Shown here: positions 8,283-17,375 of the stretch, piece by piece
Numbering within the stretch: the first letter of the stretch is position 1
Layout: the number at the start of each line of letters is the position of its first letter
IMG/VR virus record: IMGVR_UViG_3300020533_000011
Coordinates: 1-33,558 of that record
Reading direction: 5' to 3' (one strand)
Length of the DNA: 33,558 nucleotides
Source: a virus
Lineage: Duplodnaviria; Caudoviricetes
The notes under the pieces: generated by a model
Seen by the model: the letters and a program-made list of their open reading frames with translations, nothing else
Database searches by the model: none
Told to the model about the DNA's origin: nothing
Program-made: the position numbers and the translations under genes

Positions 8283-8334
8283 TACCCATTAACGCCCAAA
8301 TTGGGGGTAATACCCAACATTTGTGAGCGATAAA

Positions 8335-8529
8335 TTATACCATTTCGTTAGCTCCAACATCATGGTTATAATCACGTTTACGGAGTTTTGCAAGGGTAAG
8401 CATTACCTGCATTTTAACCTGATTAATGTACTGCTTTTCAACTCTAATGCTTATCACTTTACTATCATTGTACTTTCGTGGGCGACCTGCTCCGGTACGC
8501 TTACCACCTCTTAAATTTTGCTTTTCCAT
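8335..8529 (-). CDS. Small DNA-binding protein (RGGxRxGAGRP hook plus ribbon-helix-helix-like part)
   Basis: RGGKRTGAGRPRK followed by KVISIRV strand and helix; has its own promoter. Confidence 0.75.
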   Translation of the reverse strand: MEKQNLRGGKRTGAGRPRKYNDSKVISIRVEKQYINQVKMQVMLTLAKLRKRDYNHDVGANEMV

Positions 8530-8540
8530 TTAATTATATA

Positions 8541-8582
8541 TTACAATTTCAAAGTTACAATATTTTGATTACATATTACAAA
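8541..8582 (-). promoter_or_regulatory. Promoter of the small DNA-binding gene overlapped by TTACA repeats
   Basis: Minus TTTG (8579-8582) N21 TAACTTTG (8550-8557); TTACA at 8541, 8555, 8569, 8576. Confidence 0.6.
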
Positions 8583-8611
8583 ATCAAATTAGCATTAGGT
8601 TATCGGTATAA

Positions 8612-8836
8612 ATATTCGCAATATTCGCACCTACTGCGAATTTGTAACTGATTGATTACTATAGGCTAACTAACCATATTCGCATATTCGCAGAAATTTC
8701 AAAGAAATAATAATATTATATATCTATACATAATACTCTATATTACTAAGGAGGTGCGAGAAATATGCGAATACTGCGAATTTGACTGATTATCAATGAG
8801 TTATCTGCGAATTTGACCGCGAATATCTGCGAATTT
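8612..8836. repeat. Iteron-like array, putative replication origin
   Basis: Ten exact GCGAAT/ATTCGC cores (4 reverse, 6 forward) flanking an AT-rich spacer at ~8700-8748; non-coding; close to the primase-helicase gene. Confidence 0.7.
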
Positions 8837-8866
8837 GGTGGTTAGTGCAAAATATGGGTAACTTTG
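8834..8866 (+). promoter_or_regulatory. Promoter of the late operon
   Basis: TTTG 8834-8837 N21 TAACTTTG 8859-8866 upstream of terS. Confidence 0.65.
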
Positions 8867-8887
8867 TAAACAACAAGTATCTACAGA

Positions 8888-9166
8888 GTGCCAAAGAAAG
8901 GACATACTAACAATCCTAATGGGAGGCCGAAAGGAACACCGAACAAGGTTACTAAATCAGTGAGGGAGCATTTCGCCACCGCATTTGACCTGCTACAGGA
9001 TGATGACACGGTTAACCTTACCGCATGGGGTAAAGCTAACCCCACCGAATTTTACCGCCTGGCATCCAAACTGATTCCGCTACAGGTTGCCAACGATCCG
9101 GATAACCCAATGCCGACTACCATCATTCAGATTATCCCCGACACCAAATCACACCCCATTGTATAA
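8888..9166 (+). CDS. terS: Putative terminase small subunit
   Basis: GTG start; KGHTNNPNGRPKGTPNKVT N-terminus and NPTEFYRLASKLIP typical of this TerS-like family; first gene of the late operon. Confidence 0.65.
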   Translation: MPKKGHTNNPNGRPKGTPNKVTKSVREHFATAFDLLQDDDTVNLTAWGKANPTEFYRLASKLIPLQVANDPDNPMPTTIIQIIPDTKSHPIV

Positions 9167-9257
9167 ATTGTGTATCTATTGTGGAAAACAAAAGTGTAGG
9201 CTACAGATGAACCACTCCAAAGATATTTGCTATCTTTGTGAAACACGCTCGGACACC

Positions 9258-9917
9258 ATGCACATACATTACAACTTTGCAACACGTAGCAGACCCGAAA
9301 AGATGGCTGCTGCATTCGCTACCATTCAGGCATATTCACATTCTAAGAAGTACACGGTTGGATTAACGATTGATGATGATGATACCGTTACGCTAAACTC
9401 AAATGAGTTAGCCGACCTGCTGAAGTTCCCCAATGTGTTTATCACAATGGGCAAATCCAAAAGCAAGGTACATGCCATTAACAGGGGAATGGAAGGATGG
9501 CAGGGGGATATAGTTGTGAATATGAGCGATGATATGCGATTCATTAAGCACGGCTATGACATTGACATTATCAATGCATTTGAGGGCAACTTAGACCTAT
9601 TCATTCACTTTCCCGATGGCAGGGTTAATCACTTGCTGCCTACGATGTCCATCATGGGTAGAACGTACTATGAGCGTTTCGGGTACATCTACCACCCCCA
9701 ATACGAATCCCTTTGGTGCGATAACGAGGCTATGGATGTGGCGAAGATGTGCAATTCGTATAAATACGTAGATAAGCGGATATTTGACCACTACCACCCT
9801 GCATGGACTGGGGAGCCTGTAGATGCGTTGCTTAATCATACTCAATCGTTTTACAGAGCGGATGAGATAACCTATATCCGGAGATCAAAAGCCGGGTTTC
9901 CTAAACAGAATGTATGA
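9258..9917 (+). CDS. Glycosyltransferase, GT-A fold (GT2-like)
   Basis: FATRSRP, IDDDD, SKVHAINRG, NMSDD, YESLWCDNE, HYHP; ATG 9258 follows TATCTTTG at 9231-9238. Confidence 0.85.
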   Translation: MHIHYNFATRSRPEKMAAAFATIQAYSHSKKYTVGLTIDDDDTVTLNSNELADLLKFPNVFITMGKSKSKVHAINRGMEGWQGDIVVNMSDDMRFIKHGYDIDIINAFEGNLDLFIHFPDGRVNHLLPTMSIMGRTYYERFGYIYHPQYESLWCDNEAMDVAKMCNSYKYVDKRIFDHYHPAWTGEPVDALLNHTQSFYRADEITYIRRSKAGFPKQNV

Positions 9918-10147
9918 CACCGAAAGATAAAGCACAGGAATTGGTTGATAAGTTCATTGTACATACAAGAGTTTATCACGAAGTATTAGGATGGGAAGAT
10001 TATATAGAATCAGCTAAACAATGCGCATTAATTGCAGTAGATGAGATAATTGAAGCTACTAAACATGTAGTGGATAGACCTGATTTTAATGGCATTGTTT
10101 TCAATACTTATTGGGAACAAGTCAAAGCCGAAATCCAAGCACTATGA
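9914..10147 (+). CDS. Hypothetical small helical phage protein
   Basis: MTPKDKAQELVDKF...AKQCALIAVDEII...YWEQVKAEI; ATGA-coupled on both sides. Confidence 0.8.
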   Translation: MTPKDKAQELVDKFIVHTRVYHEVLGWEDYIESAKQCALIAVDEIIEATKHVVDRPDFNGIVFNTYWEQVKAEIQAL

Positions 10148-10686
10148 CCCTATCAATCCTAATCTGCACCCTCCCACAACGCATAGGCTATCTTTCGCAG
10201 TTGCTCCAGGTACTTACACCGCAACGCACACCAGAGGTTGAAGTTCTAACCGAATCTGATAACGGTGCAATGACTACAGGCCGTAAACGTAACCTACTAC
10301 TACAACGCAGCACGGGAAAATATGTGGTATTCATTGATGATGATGACATGGTGAGCAGTACATACGTTAAAGACATCCTAACGGCAGCCGAATCTAATCC
10401 CGATGCTATCGTATTTAATGGCACAATGACCACCAACGGCACGGATGAGCGTAAGTGGTACATAAGTAAGGATTACGGATATGAGGCGAAGGGCGGGGCT
10501 TATTACCGCTATCCTAACCATATCGTACCCATACGCAGGGAGATAGCAATTGCATTCCCTTTCATGGATATTCGTATCGGTGAAGATTATGCGTGGGCAA
10601 CGGCTATACACAATGCCGGGCTGATTAAGACCGAGGTGAAGATTGAGAAGGAACTTTATCATTATCAATTCAGGACAAACAAGTAA
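10144..10686 (+). CDS. Glycosyltransferase family 2
   Basis: LSILICT, GRKRNLLL, GKYVVFIDDDD, GEDYAW; start at ATG 10144. Confidence 0.9.
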   Translation: MTLSILICTLPQRIGYLSQLLQVLTPQRTPEVEVLTESDNGAMTTGRKRNLLLQRSTGKYVVFIDDDDMVSSTYVKDILTAAESNPDAIVFNGTMTTNGTDERKWYISKDYGYEAKGGAYYRYPNHIVPIRREIAIAFPFMDIRIGEDYAWATAIHNAGLIKTEVKIEKELYHYQFRTNK

Positions 10687-10687
10687 C

Positions 10688-10924
10688 ATGCAATTACCTG
10701 CAACACAATGGTTATCTGATAAGCTAAGCGAAATTCAAAAGGAATGTAGTGAGTTGGGCTGGAAGGCATACAACGAAAAGAAGCAGGAGATAGTTAACCA
10801 GGCAAATCAAATGTTTGCAGAGCAAATAGCAAAGGCACACGGCAGAAAGATAATAAGGGCATCAAAACCTAACTTTAAGGAAATGACAGGGGAGGAGTAT
10901 TACAAATTAAATTATAGCAAATAA
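10688..10924 (+). CDS. Hypothetical small protein
   Basis: MQLPATQWL...ANQMFAEQIAKAH...GEEYYKLNY; start at ATG 10688. Confidence 0.75.
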   Translation: MQLPATQWLSDKLSEIQKECSELGWKAYNEKKQEIVNQANQMFAEQIAKAHGRKIIRASKPNFKEMTGEEYYKLNYSK

Positions 10925-10925
10925 C

Positions 10926-11129
10926 ATGGAACAGCAAACAGGGGTGGAGTGGTTTGCAGAAATGATTACTGAAATGATACACGAAGCATATCACTCAGAA
11001 CTTGCAGACTTATTTGAACAAGCCAAAGAATTGGAAAAGCAGCAAAGGGAAGATGACTATAAGAGAGGATGGGAAGAGGCAACAAGTATTGGAGTTAAAG
11101 AATCATATAAATATCAAGACAGAAATTAG
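10926..11129 (+). CDS. Hypothetical small protein (related to previous ORF)
   Basis: MEQQTGVEWF...LFEQAKELEKQQ. Confidence 0.75.
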   Translation: MEQQTGVEWFAEMITEMIHEAYHSELADLFEQAKELEKQQREDDYKRGWEEATSIGVKESYKYQDRN

Positions 11130-11152
11130 ACAAACACCGAAACCTACGGCAA

Positions 11153-11752
11153 ATGAGATACTCCCAAAATAACGAGCAGGATATAATCCTTGCCTACTTC
11201 CAATCCCGCAAAGGATTCTTCCTTGACATTGGGGCGAACGATGGCGTTACCTTATCTAATACCTACGCATTGCAGCTACAGGGGTGGAGCGGTGTACTGG
11301 TAGAACCAAGCGAAGAAGCGTTCAACCGGATATTAGCCAATCCTATGGTACACAAGTTTAATGTAGCAATAGGCGAAACGGATGGGCATTGTACGTTCCA
11401 TGAGATGGGCGACCACTTAGGCAAGGGCGATGTATCGCTACTTAGTACAATCAAACGTAACGAAACTAAACGATGGCCGTGTACGGAGTTCAAAGAGCGC
11501 ATGACCGAGGTATGGACATACAACACCCTGGTAAAGAACTCCCCATTCAAGTACTTTGATTTTATCTCTATCGATGCCGAGGGCGTGGATTATGAGATAC
11601 TTGAACAAATTAACCTTAAGCATACGCAGATGGTATGTATTGAGCATAACGGTAATGTAGACTTGTTTCACCTTATCAAAGATTACTGCAACAAGGCAGG
11701 GTTAACGAAGTGCTTATTAACTAACTTAGAAAATGTAATATGGGCAAGGTAG
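11153..11752 (+). CDS. FkbM-family SAM methyltransferase
   Basis: YSQNNEQ, FLDIGANDG..SNT, GVLVEP, FISIDAEG.D.EIL, CIEH. Confidence 0.92.
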   Translation: MRYSQNNEQDIILAYFQSRKGFFLDIGANDGVTLSNTYALQLQGWSGVLVEPSEEAFNRILANPMVHKFNVAIGETDGHCTFHEMGDHLGKGDVSLLSTIKRNETKRWPCTEFKERMTEVWTYNTLVKNSPFKYFDFISIDAEGVDYEILEQINLKHTQMVCIEHNGNVDLFHLIKDYCNKAGLTKCLLTNLENVIWAR

Positions 11753-12075
11753 ATAGAATAAAGGTGCATCAAAAATATAATGGTCATTGTGGTTATTGTG
11801 GCAAGGAAATAACGATAAAAGAAATGCAGGTTGACCACATGAAACCAAGATGGTCTGCAAATGATGATACCATACACGATTTCAGTAATCTTATGCCATC
11901 ATGTAGAAGTTGTAACCACTACAAAAGAGCAGACAATGTGGAGCAGTTTAGGTTATCTATGAAAGGGCTGCATAAAAGACTTGAAAACATATACATTAAC
12001 AATGTAGCCGTTGATTATGGAATGATTGATATAAAGCCATTTGAAGGGTTGTTCTATTTTGAAAAACAAAAGTAA
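11740..12075 (+). CDS. HNH endonuclease
   Basis: CGYCG...QVDHMKP...NLMPSCRSCNHYK. Confidence 0.92.
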   Translation: MGKVDRIKVHQKYNGHCGYCGKEITIKEMQVDHMKPRWSANDDTIHDFSNLMPSCRSCNHYKRADNVEQFRLSMKGLHKRLENIYINNVAVDYGMIDIKPFEGLFYFEKQK

Positions 12076-12076
12076 T

Positions 12077-12808
12077 ATGAAAACATCCGGTAAAGTAATC
12101 GTATCCCTATCATCCACAGGCAGGGAGAACTACAACGAGGCGCAATTAGGACTAATCAGAAGTATAGACCGCAAGGCACCCGACTACGATACTCACTTTC
12201 GTAGTGTGGATGGGTATGTGGATGAGTACCTTGAACGCAAGATTCACCTGGGCGACTGGCCTAATACCGAGAAGTGGGGTAAGTCATGGAATCACCAGAA
12301 TATGCCGTATCAATTCAAGCCGTTCATGGTAGCGGAGGCATTGGAGATGGGATACCGGAAAATCATTTGGTGCGATTCCACAATCCGGGTACACCAGAAT
12401 CCCGATCCATTGTGGGCATTGGCAGCCGAACATGGGATTGTAGCATGGAACAACGAAGGGCATCCGTTACACAAGTACATCCCCGACCATCAAATCAAGT
12501 TCTTAGGGCTAAATAGCTATAGGGATGTGATTACCATGTATCAAATTATGGCCTGTTGTATTGTGTTCGATTTCGACCACCCCAAGACTATGCCTATCTT
12601 TGAAAAGTGGATAAAGGGAGCAAAGGAGAATTGCTTTCATCACAATGAATCAGTTAATCCGCAATTTATCAGCAGCCGACATGACCAGGCACTACTATCC
12701 GGATTGATGAACTTAGCAGGGATTCCGGTGCAACCTTACGGAGGGTTAGCATACAGGCACTATCTGCCTGTTGAACCTTATTTTATTAATTGGGGGGTAA
12801 AAGATTAG
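12077..12808 (+). CDS. Putative nucleotide-sugar transferase (GT-A; DUF1647-like)
   Basis: FKPFMVAEAL...IIWCDST (DxS motif) and RHDQALLS; start at ATG 12077. Confidence 0.7.
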   Translation: MKTSGKVIVSLSSTGRENYNEAQLGLIRSIDRKAPDYDTHFRSVDGYVDEYLERKIHLGDWPNTEKWGKSWNHQNMPYQFKPFMVAEALEMGYRKIIWCDSTIRVHQNPDPLWALAAEHGIVAWNNEGHPLHKYIPDHQIKFLGLNSYRDVITMYQIMACCIVFDFDHPKTMPIFEKWIKGAKENCFHHNESVNPQFISSRHDQALLSGLMNLAGIPVQPYGGLAYRHYLPVEPYFINWGVKD

Positions 12809-12809
12809 T

Positions 12810-13421
12810 ATGGACTTCACAAAAGAGCAATTTATCAACTTTTGGGGCAAGAGCGGATATTATGAAGCGTTTACCTATGGGATAGGCATAGACAAGGTGA
12901 TTGAACGTACTATTGTGCCATTCAGTAATAAAACCTGTTTAGAAATAGGATGCGGTGGCGGTGTATTTACTAAGGTACTATCAGAGCAGTTCGATGTTGT
13001 TTTTGGTATTGATGTAATTCCAAAACATGAAGGCGTAAAATACCATAATGTTATTTATACCGAACTGAATAACCAAGATTACAAATGCACAGGCATACCG
13101 GACAACTCAATTGACTTTGTATTCAGTTACGGTGTGTTTTGCCATTTCTCAAATGATGCCATCAAAGAATATCTGCAATCTATTTACAGAGTGATGAAGA
13201 AGGGCGGTGATTGTGTGATAATGATTAGTAACTTTGATAAAATAAAAGCAGAGTTCCCCGACTTCGATGATTGGACTAAATACAAGTTAGGAGATAGAAT
13301 GTTAATCGGGCATTTTTACCAAGATGATAGAACGGTAGATATTATGAAACATAAATTCAAAATTGTTAGCCGTAACCTAACACCCGACCACAGGGATATA
13401 GTGGTACATCTAAAGAAATAA
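12810..13421 (+). CDS. Class I SAM-dependent methyltransferase
   Basis: LEIGCGGG, GID, IPDNSIDFVFSYGVFCH, RVMKKGG. Confidence 0.92.
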   Translation: MDFTKEQFINFWGKSGYYEAFTYGIGIDKVIERTIVPFSNKTCLEIGCGGGVFTKVLSEQFDVVFGIDVIPKHEGVKYHNVIYTELNNQDYKCTGIPDNSIDFVFSYGVFCHFSNDAIKEYLQSIYRVMKKGGDCVIMISNFDKIKAEFPDFDDWTKYKLGDRMLIGHFYQDDRTVDIMKHKFKIVSRNLTPDHRDIVVHLKK

Positions 13422-13422
13422 T

Positions 13423-14001
13423 ATGGGCTACACTCACGAAACAACACGCATAATAGACCCCTACCTGCCACACATACAATCGGTGGTAGATTTAGGAGCG
13501 CAAAACGATTACCGGGTGCCATTACCTGCCCCTTACACTAAAGATTCTTACTATGCCGGCAAAGACTATGAAGCCATTGATATTTCGGGTGAGAACGGCT
13601 CAACCCCGTTGGACTTATCCCGATTACACAAGTTCGACAAGCAGTTTGATTTATTGGTGGATGCCGGCACATCCGAACACGTTGGCACCAATGGGAAGCA
13701 TGACATCAAAGCCATATACAATTGTTGGCGGAACAAACACAACCTCGTTAAACTCGGAGGTTATATCATCTCCGAAAACCCAAAAACAGGCAACTGGCCC
13801 GGTCATGGATTCAACTACGTTACAGAAGAGTTCTATCGTAATCTGGCTGCAATCTGCGGCTATACTTTGCATGATGTTGGTAGCGTTGCTGCTATGGGCA
13901 ATTATAATGACGGGTGGAATGTTTACTCGGTTCTGCAAAAGACTAAAGAAGAGTTTTGTACGTTAACTGAATTTAAGACCTGTGGAATTAAAACAGATTA
14001 G
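13423..14001 (+). CDS. Class I SAM-dependent methyltransferase-like protein
   Basis: VVDLGAQ, AIDI, LDL, FDLLVDAGTSEHV, LVKLGG, WPGHG. Confidence 0.8.
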   Translation: MGYTHETTRIIDPYLPHIQSVVDLGAQNDYRVPLPAPYTKDSYYAGKDYEAIDISGENGSTPLDLSRLHKFDKQFDLLVDAGTSEHVGTNGKHDIKAIYNCWRNKHNLVKLGGYIISENPKTGNWPGHGFNYVTEEFYRNLAAICGYTLHDVGSVAAMGNYNDGWNVYSVLQKTKEEFCTLTEFKTCGIKTD

Positions 14002-15148
14002 AGCAACCCCGGTATTCTACGAAAACGTAGCAGCATACAAAAGTGATGCCCCGATAATTTGTAACGAGGGCGGCTCACGTAGTAGCAAGTCCTATAGCAT
14101 AGTGCAACTCCTTATATCCATTGCAGCCGATAAGAATGCTAAAAACATCCGCATCTCTATTGTATCGCACTCCCTACCGCACATCAAACGTGGTGCATAC
14201 AGGGATTTCAAAACAATCATGGAGGAATGGCATTTGTGGGATGACAAGAAATTTAGCTACACCGATTTTATCTACCGATTCGATAATGGCAGCTACATCG
14301 AACTATTCGGACTTGAAGATGAGGGCAAAGCAAGGGGGCCGGGTAGGGATATACTATTCGTTAATGAAGCCAACCTCATACGTAAGGCGTTATTCGACCA
14401 ACTGGCGATGCGTACAACGGGTAAGATATTCTTAGACTGGAATCCTGCGGACTTCGTTTCATGGGTGTACGAAGTATCGGATAACCCGATTAACAAGCGC
14501 ATACACTCTACCTACCTAAATAACCTCGGCAACCTTTCGCAAATACAGATTGATACGATTGAAAGCTACAAGCTATTACCGGATGACTTCATGTGGAAGG
14601 TTTATGGACTCGGCCAGCGTGGTGCAGCAAAGGAGATTATTTATACTCAATGGCAAATTACCGATGAGTTACCAGAAGGCGGCGATATATTTTATGGATT
14701 AGACTTCGGTTATGTGCATCCGCTTGCACTTGTCAAGGTATGCCATTACCAGGGGGCGAATTATGTAAAGCAGTTAATTTACAAATCCGGATTAACCCCA
14801 TCTGAAATAAGCAGGGAAGTAAAGGATCATATATCAGACCGCAAGCCGGTGTACTGCGATGCTGCCGAACCGAAAAGCATTGAGGAACTATACAGGGGCG
14901 GTATTAATGCACAAACTGCAAACAAGGAAGTATGGGCAGGGATATTGAAAGTGAAAAGCTACCCGCTATTTGTACATAAGGATAGTAAGGACATCATTCG
15001 GGAACTGCAATCCTACAAATGGCGCAAGGATAAAAACGATAATGTAATTGATGAGCCTGTGAAAGAATCAGATGATGCCCTTGATGCAATGCGCTATGCC
15101 ATATTCACCCACCTACATAAGCCAGCGTTCAAGGTGGCGGTATGGTAA
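13982..15148 (+). CDS. terL: Terminase large subunit (PBSX/SPP1-like)
   Basis: GGSRSSKS Walker A, LFVNEA Walker B, DWNP, nuclease GLDFG, YCDAAEP, DDALDAMRY. Confidence 0.95.
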   Translation: MELKQIRATPVFYENVAAYKSDAPIICNEGGSRSSKSYSIVQLLISIAADKNAKNIRISIVSHSLPHIKRGAYRDFKTIMEEWHLWDDKKFSYTDFIYRFDNGSYIELFGLEDEGKARGPGRDILFVNEANLIRKALFDQLAMRTTGKIFLDWNPADFVSWVYEVSDNPINKRIHSTYLNNLGNLSQIQIDTIESYKLLPDDFMWKVYGLGQRGAAKEIIYTQWQITDELPEGGDIFYGLDFGYVHPLALVKVCHYQGANYVKQLIYKSGLTPSEISREVKDHISDRKPVYCDAAEPKSIEELYRGGINAQTANKEVWAGILKVKSYPLFVHKDSKDIIRELQSYKWRKDKNDNVIDEPVKESDDALDAMRYAIFTHLHKPAFKVAVW

Positions 15149-15184
15149 GGGTTTTCGGTGTAATTTTGTATAAATCTTTTAAAT

Positions 15185-16558
15185 ATGGGTTTATTCGATT
15201 TTCTTAATCGTAAGGCGGCACCCGCTAAGATGCCTGTGCAAATGTCGGTGGAGCGTGGGTTACTCACGTGGGATGGGCAGAATCAAGCAGAGATAGTTAG
15301 GGATAGTTACATAGGCAATGATTTAGTATACGCCATCATTACCCTAATAACCCAAAAAGCAAAGGTTGCGCCCTGGTTTGTGTATAGGGTTAAGAACAAA
15401 GCAGCGCAGAAACGCTACATGGCTAAGATGCAGCAACCGGATGCTATTACTGACTATGCCAAACTGAAAGAACTGAAAGAGGAAGCGTTCGAAATATACG
15501 AAGGCGATAGCCGGCTGAATGAATTACTGAAATACCCGAACTCTGAAGATACATGGAGCGATATTATAGAGCAATGGGTAGGGTTTAAGAAGATTACAGG
15601 CAATGCTTTTATGTACGCAAAGCAGGTCGGAGAGGAATCAGTTAACAGGGGCAAGCCGTTAGAACTTTATATGCTGCCATCGCAGTACATGGCAATCAAA
15701 GTAGATATTGAGCAGTTCCCACCAAAGAAGGTAGCCTATCAGTTGTACTATGGGCAGTACATCCCTTTCAATACAATAGAGATTCTGCATGATAAATACT
15801 TCAACCCCGAATGGAATGCGACCGGAGGGCAGTTGTACGGATTATCACCGCTACGTGCTGCATCTAAGGTACTGACACGTTCCAATGCAAGCAAGGAGGC
15901 ATCCGTAGCGATGTTCGATAACATGGGGCCGTTAGGGGTGTTATACATGGATGACCAACGCTTTGACCCTTTATCCGGCAGCGAACAAGCACAGGCACTC
16001 AAGATGCAAATATCAGCGAACACAGGGGCCGCAAAGCATGGCAGCGCAGCCGTATCAGGTTACAAAGTAGGATGGGCGCAGATTGGTTTACCTGCGAAGG
16101 ACTTACAATTAATAGAAGCGGAGAAATGGGATAAGGAGGCACTATGTTCAATCTATGGTGTACCTCCGGTGCTACTGGGTAATACCGATGCTGCTACGTA
16201 CAACAATATGAAGGAAGCAGAGAAATCACTAACCATTCGGGCGGTGTTACCGGAACTAACTGCCATTCGTGATAACATTAACCGCAAGATGCAAACCGAC
16301 TGGGGGTATAAGGGTAGCGATATATTCGTGGACTTTGACATGAGCATCTACTCCGAACTTGAAGCAAACAGGGCAGAGCAAAGTACATGGTTAAATACTG
16401 CATGGTGGTTAACGCCTGAGCAGAAACTAAAAATACAGGGACTTGCACCCGATCCGAATGTACCTATTGAAGATTATCAAAAGTTGTACGTGCCATCCGG
16501 ACTTACTCCGATAGATGATTTCACTAACCTGCCTTTGAATGTACCGCCAACTTTATAA
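15185..16558 (+). CDS. Portal protein (HK97 family)
   Basis: LLKYPN, GNAF, YGLSPL, IYGVPPVLLG..ATYNN; follows terL. Confidence 0.95.
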   Translation: MGLFDFLNRKAAPAKMPVQMSVERGLLTWDGQNQAEIVRDSYIGNDLVYAIITLITQKAKVAPWFVYRVKNKAAQKRYMAKMQQPDAITDYAKLKELKEEAFEIYEGDSRLNELLKYPNSEDTWSDIIEQWVGFKKITGNAFMYAKQVGEESVNRGKPLELYMLPSQYMAIKVDIEQFPPKKVAYQLYYGQYIPFNTIEILHDKYFNPEWNATGGQLYGLSPLRAASKVLTRSNASKEASVAMFDNMGPLGVLYMDDQRFDPLSGSEQAQALKMQISANTGAAKHGSAAVSGYKVGWAQIGLPAKDLQLIEAEKWDKEALCSIYGVPPVLLGNTDAATYNNMKEAEKSLTIRAVLPELTAIRDNINRKMQTDWGYKGSDIFVDFDMSIYSELEANRAEQSTWLNTAWWLTPEQKLKIQGLAPDPNVPIEDYQKLYVPSGLTPIDDFTNLPLNVPPTL

Positions 16559-17375
16559 CGCATATCGCAAACGATACAGGGTACTTATCAAGCGTGAGTT
16601 GGATAAGCAGACCAAGCAAATACTTAATGGCGAGCAGCCAAGTAAGGAAGGGCTAAAAAATACACTACGTAATTTGCAACAGGGGGCAAGCAAGGCAATG
16701 GCAAAGCACTCATACACCAAAATACGCAAGTCGGCAGGTGTAAAGGATTCCATGACACCTGAACAGAAATGGGCAGACATCATGAGAATACTAATAGAGA
16801 AATCATTAGAAAAACTTGTTGATGACATTACAGAAACAACAAAGGAAAAAGTAAGGCAAGCACTAATAAAGGGAGTACAGGAGAATTGGGATTTACGAAA
16901 GATTATTCAAGAGATAGAGAAAGCAGGGGTAAACGCATATCGTGCAGAATTAATTGCACGTACCGAAACTACTAAAGCAGCTAATCAAGGTTCATTACTT
17001 GGGGCAGTATCAACCGGATTGCAATCTGTTAAAGAATGGATAGCAATATTAGATGATAGAACACGTAGAACCCCTCGTGATATGTTTGACCATTTTACTA
17101 TGGATGGTAAGCAAGTGCCGATTGATGAATTGTTTACCGTTACCGGAAGTGAATCTACTGCATCAATGGAATACCCCGGAGATCCAAGCGGAGGGTTAGG
17201 TAATATTTGTAATTGCAGGTGTACAATAGGATTCGAGGCATTAAGAGATGCAAACGATAAACCGATACCAATACAAGGTGGATTACGTGGCGCAGCCGGG
17301 GAGATGTGGAACCTATGGAATAACCCCGTATTTTTGCAAGTAAACAGAGGAGTATATGAAGCATTACCAGGTTAA
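16539..17375 (+). CDS. Minor head morphogenesis protein (SPP1 gp7 / Mu gpF-like)
   Basis: RAELIARTET, KEWIAILDDRTR, H, YPGDP, NCRC. Confidence 0.92.
   Translation: MYRQLYNAYRKRYRVLIKRELDKQTKQILNGEQPSKEGLKNTLRNLQQGASKAMAKHSYTKIRKSAGVKDSMTPEQKWADIMRILIEKSLEKLVDDITETTKEKVRQALIKGVQENWDLRKIIQEIEKAGVNAYRAELIARTETTKAANQGSLLGAVSTGLQSVKEWIAILDDRTRRTPRDMFDHFTMDGKQVPIDELFTVTGSESTASMEYPGDPSGGLGNICNCRCTIGFEALRDANDKPIPIQGGLRGAAGEMWNLWNNPVFLQVNRGVYEALPG

Noticed and set aside
8612-8836. CRISPR mini-array
   Set aside because: Repeats are only 6-11 bp, in both orientations, irregularly spaced; no cas genes
9087-9257. Zinc-ribbon N-terminal extension (CIYC...CYLC) on the first glycosyltransferase
   Set aside because: It overlaps terS, relies on a TTG start, and the CYLC codons coincide with a TATCTTTG promoter box; ATG 9258 gives a normal GT start
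11740-12075. HNH as part of an intron or intein splitting a gene
   Set aside because: Flanking genes appear complete and no intron-sized non-coding sequence surrounds it; treated as a free-standing HNH
11153-14001. DNA methyltransferases / restriction-modification system
   Set aside because: No DPPY/NPPY or PCQ catalytic motifs; motifs fit small-molecule or glycan methyltransferases
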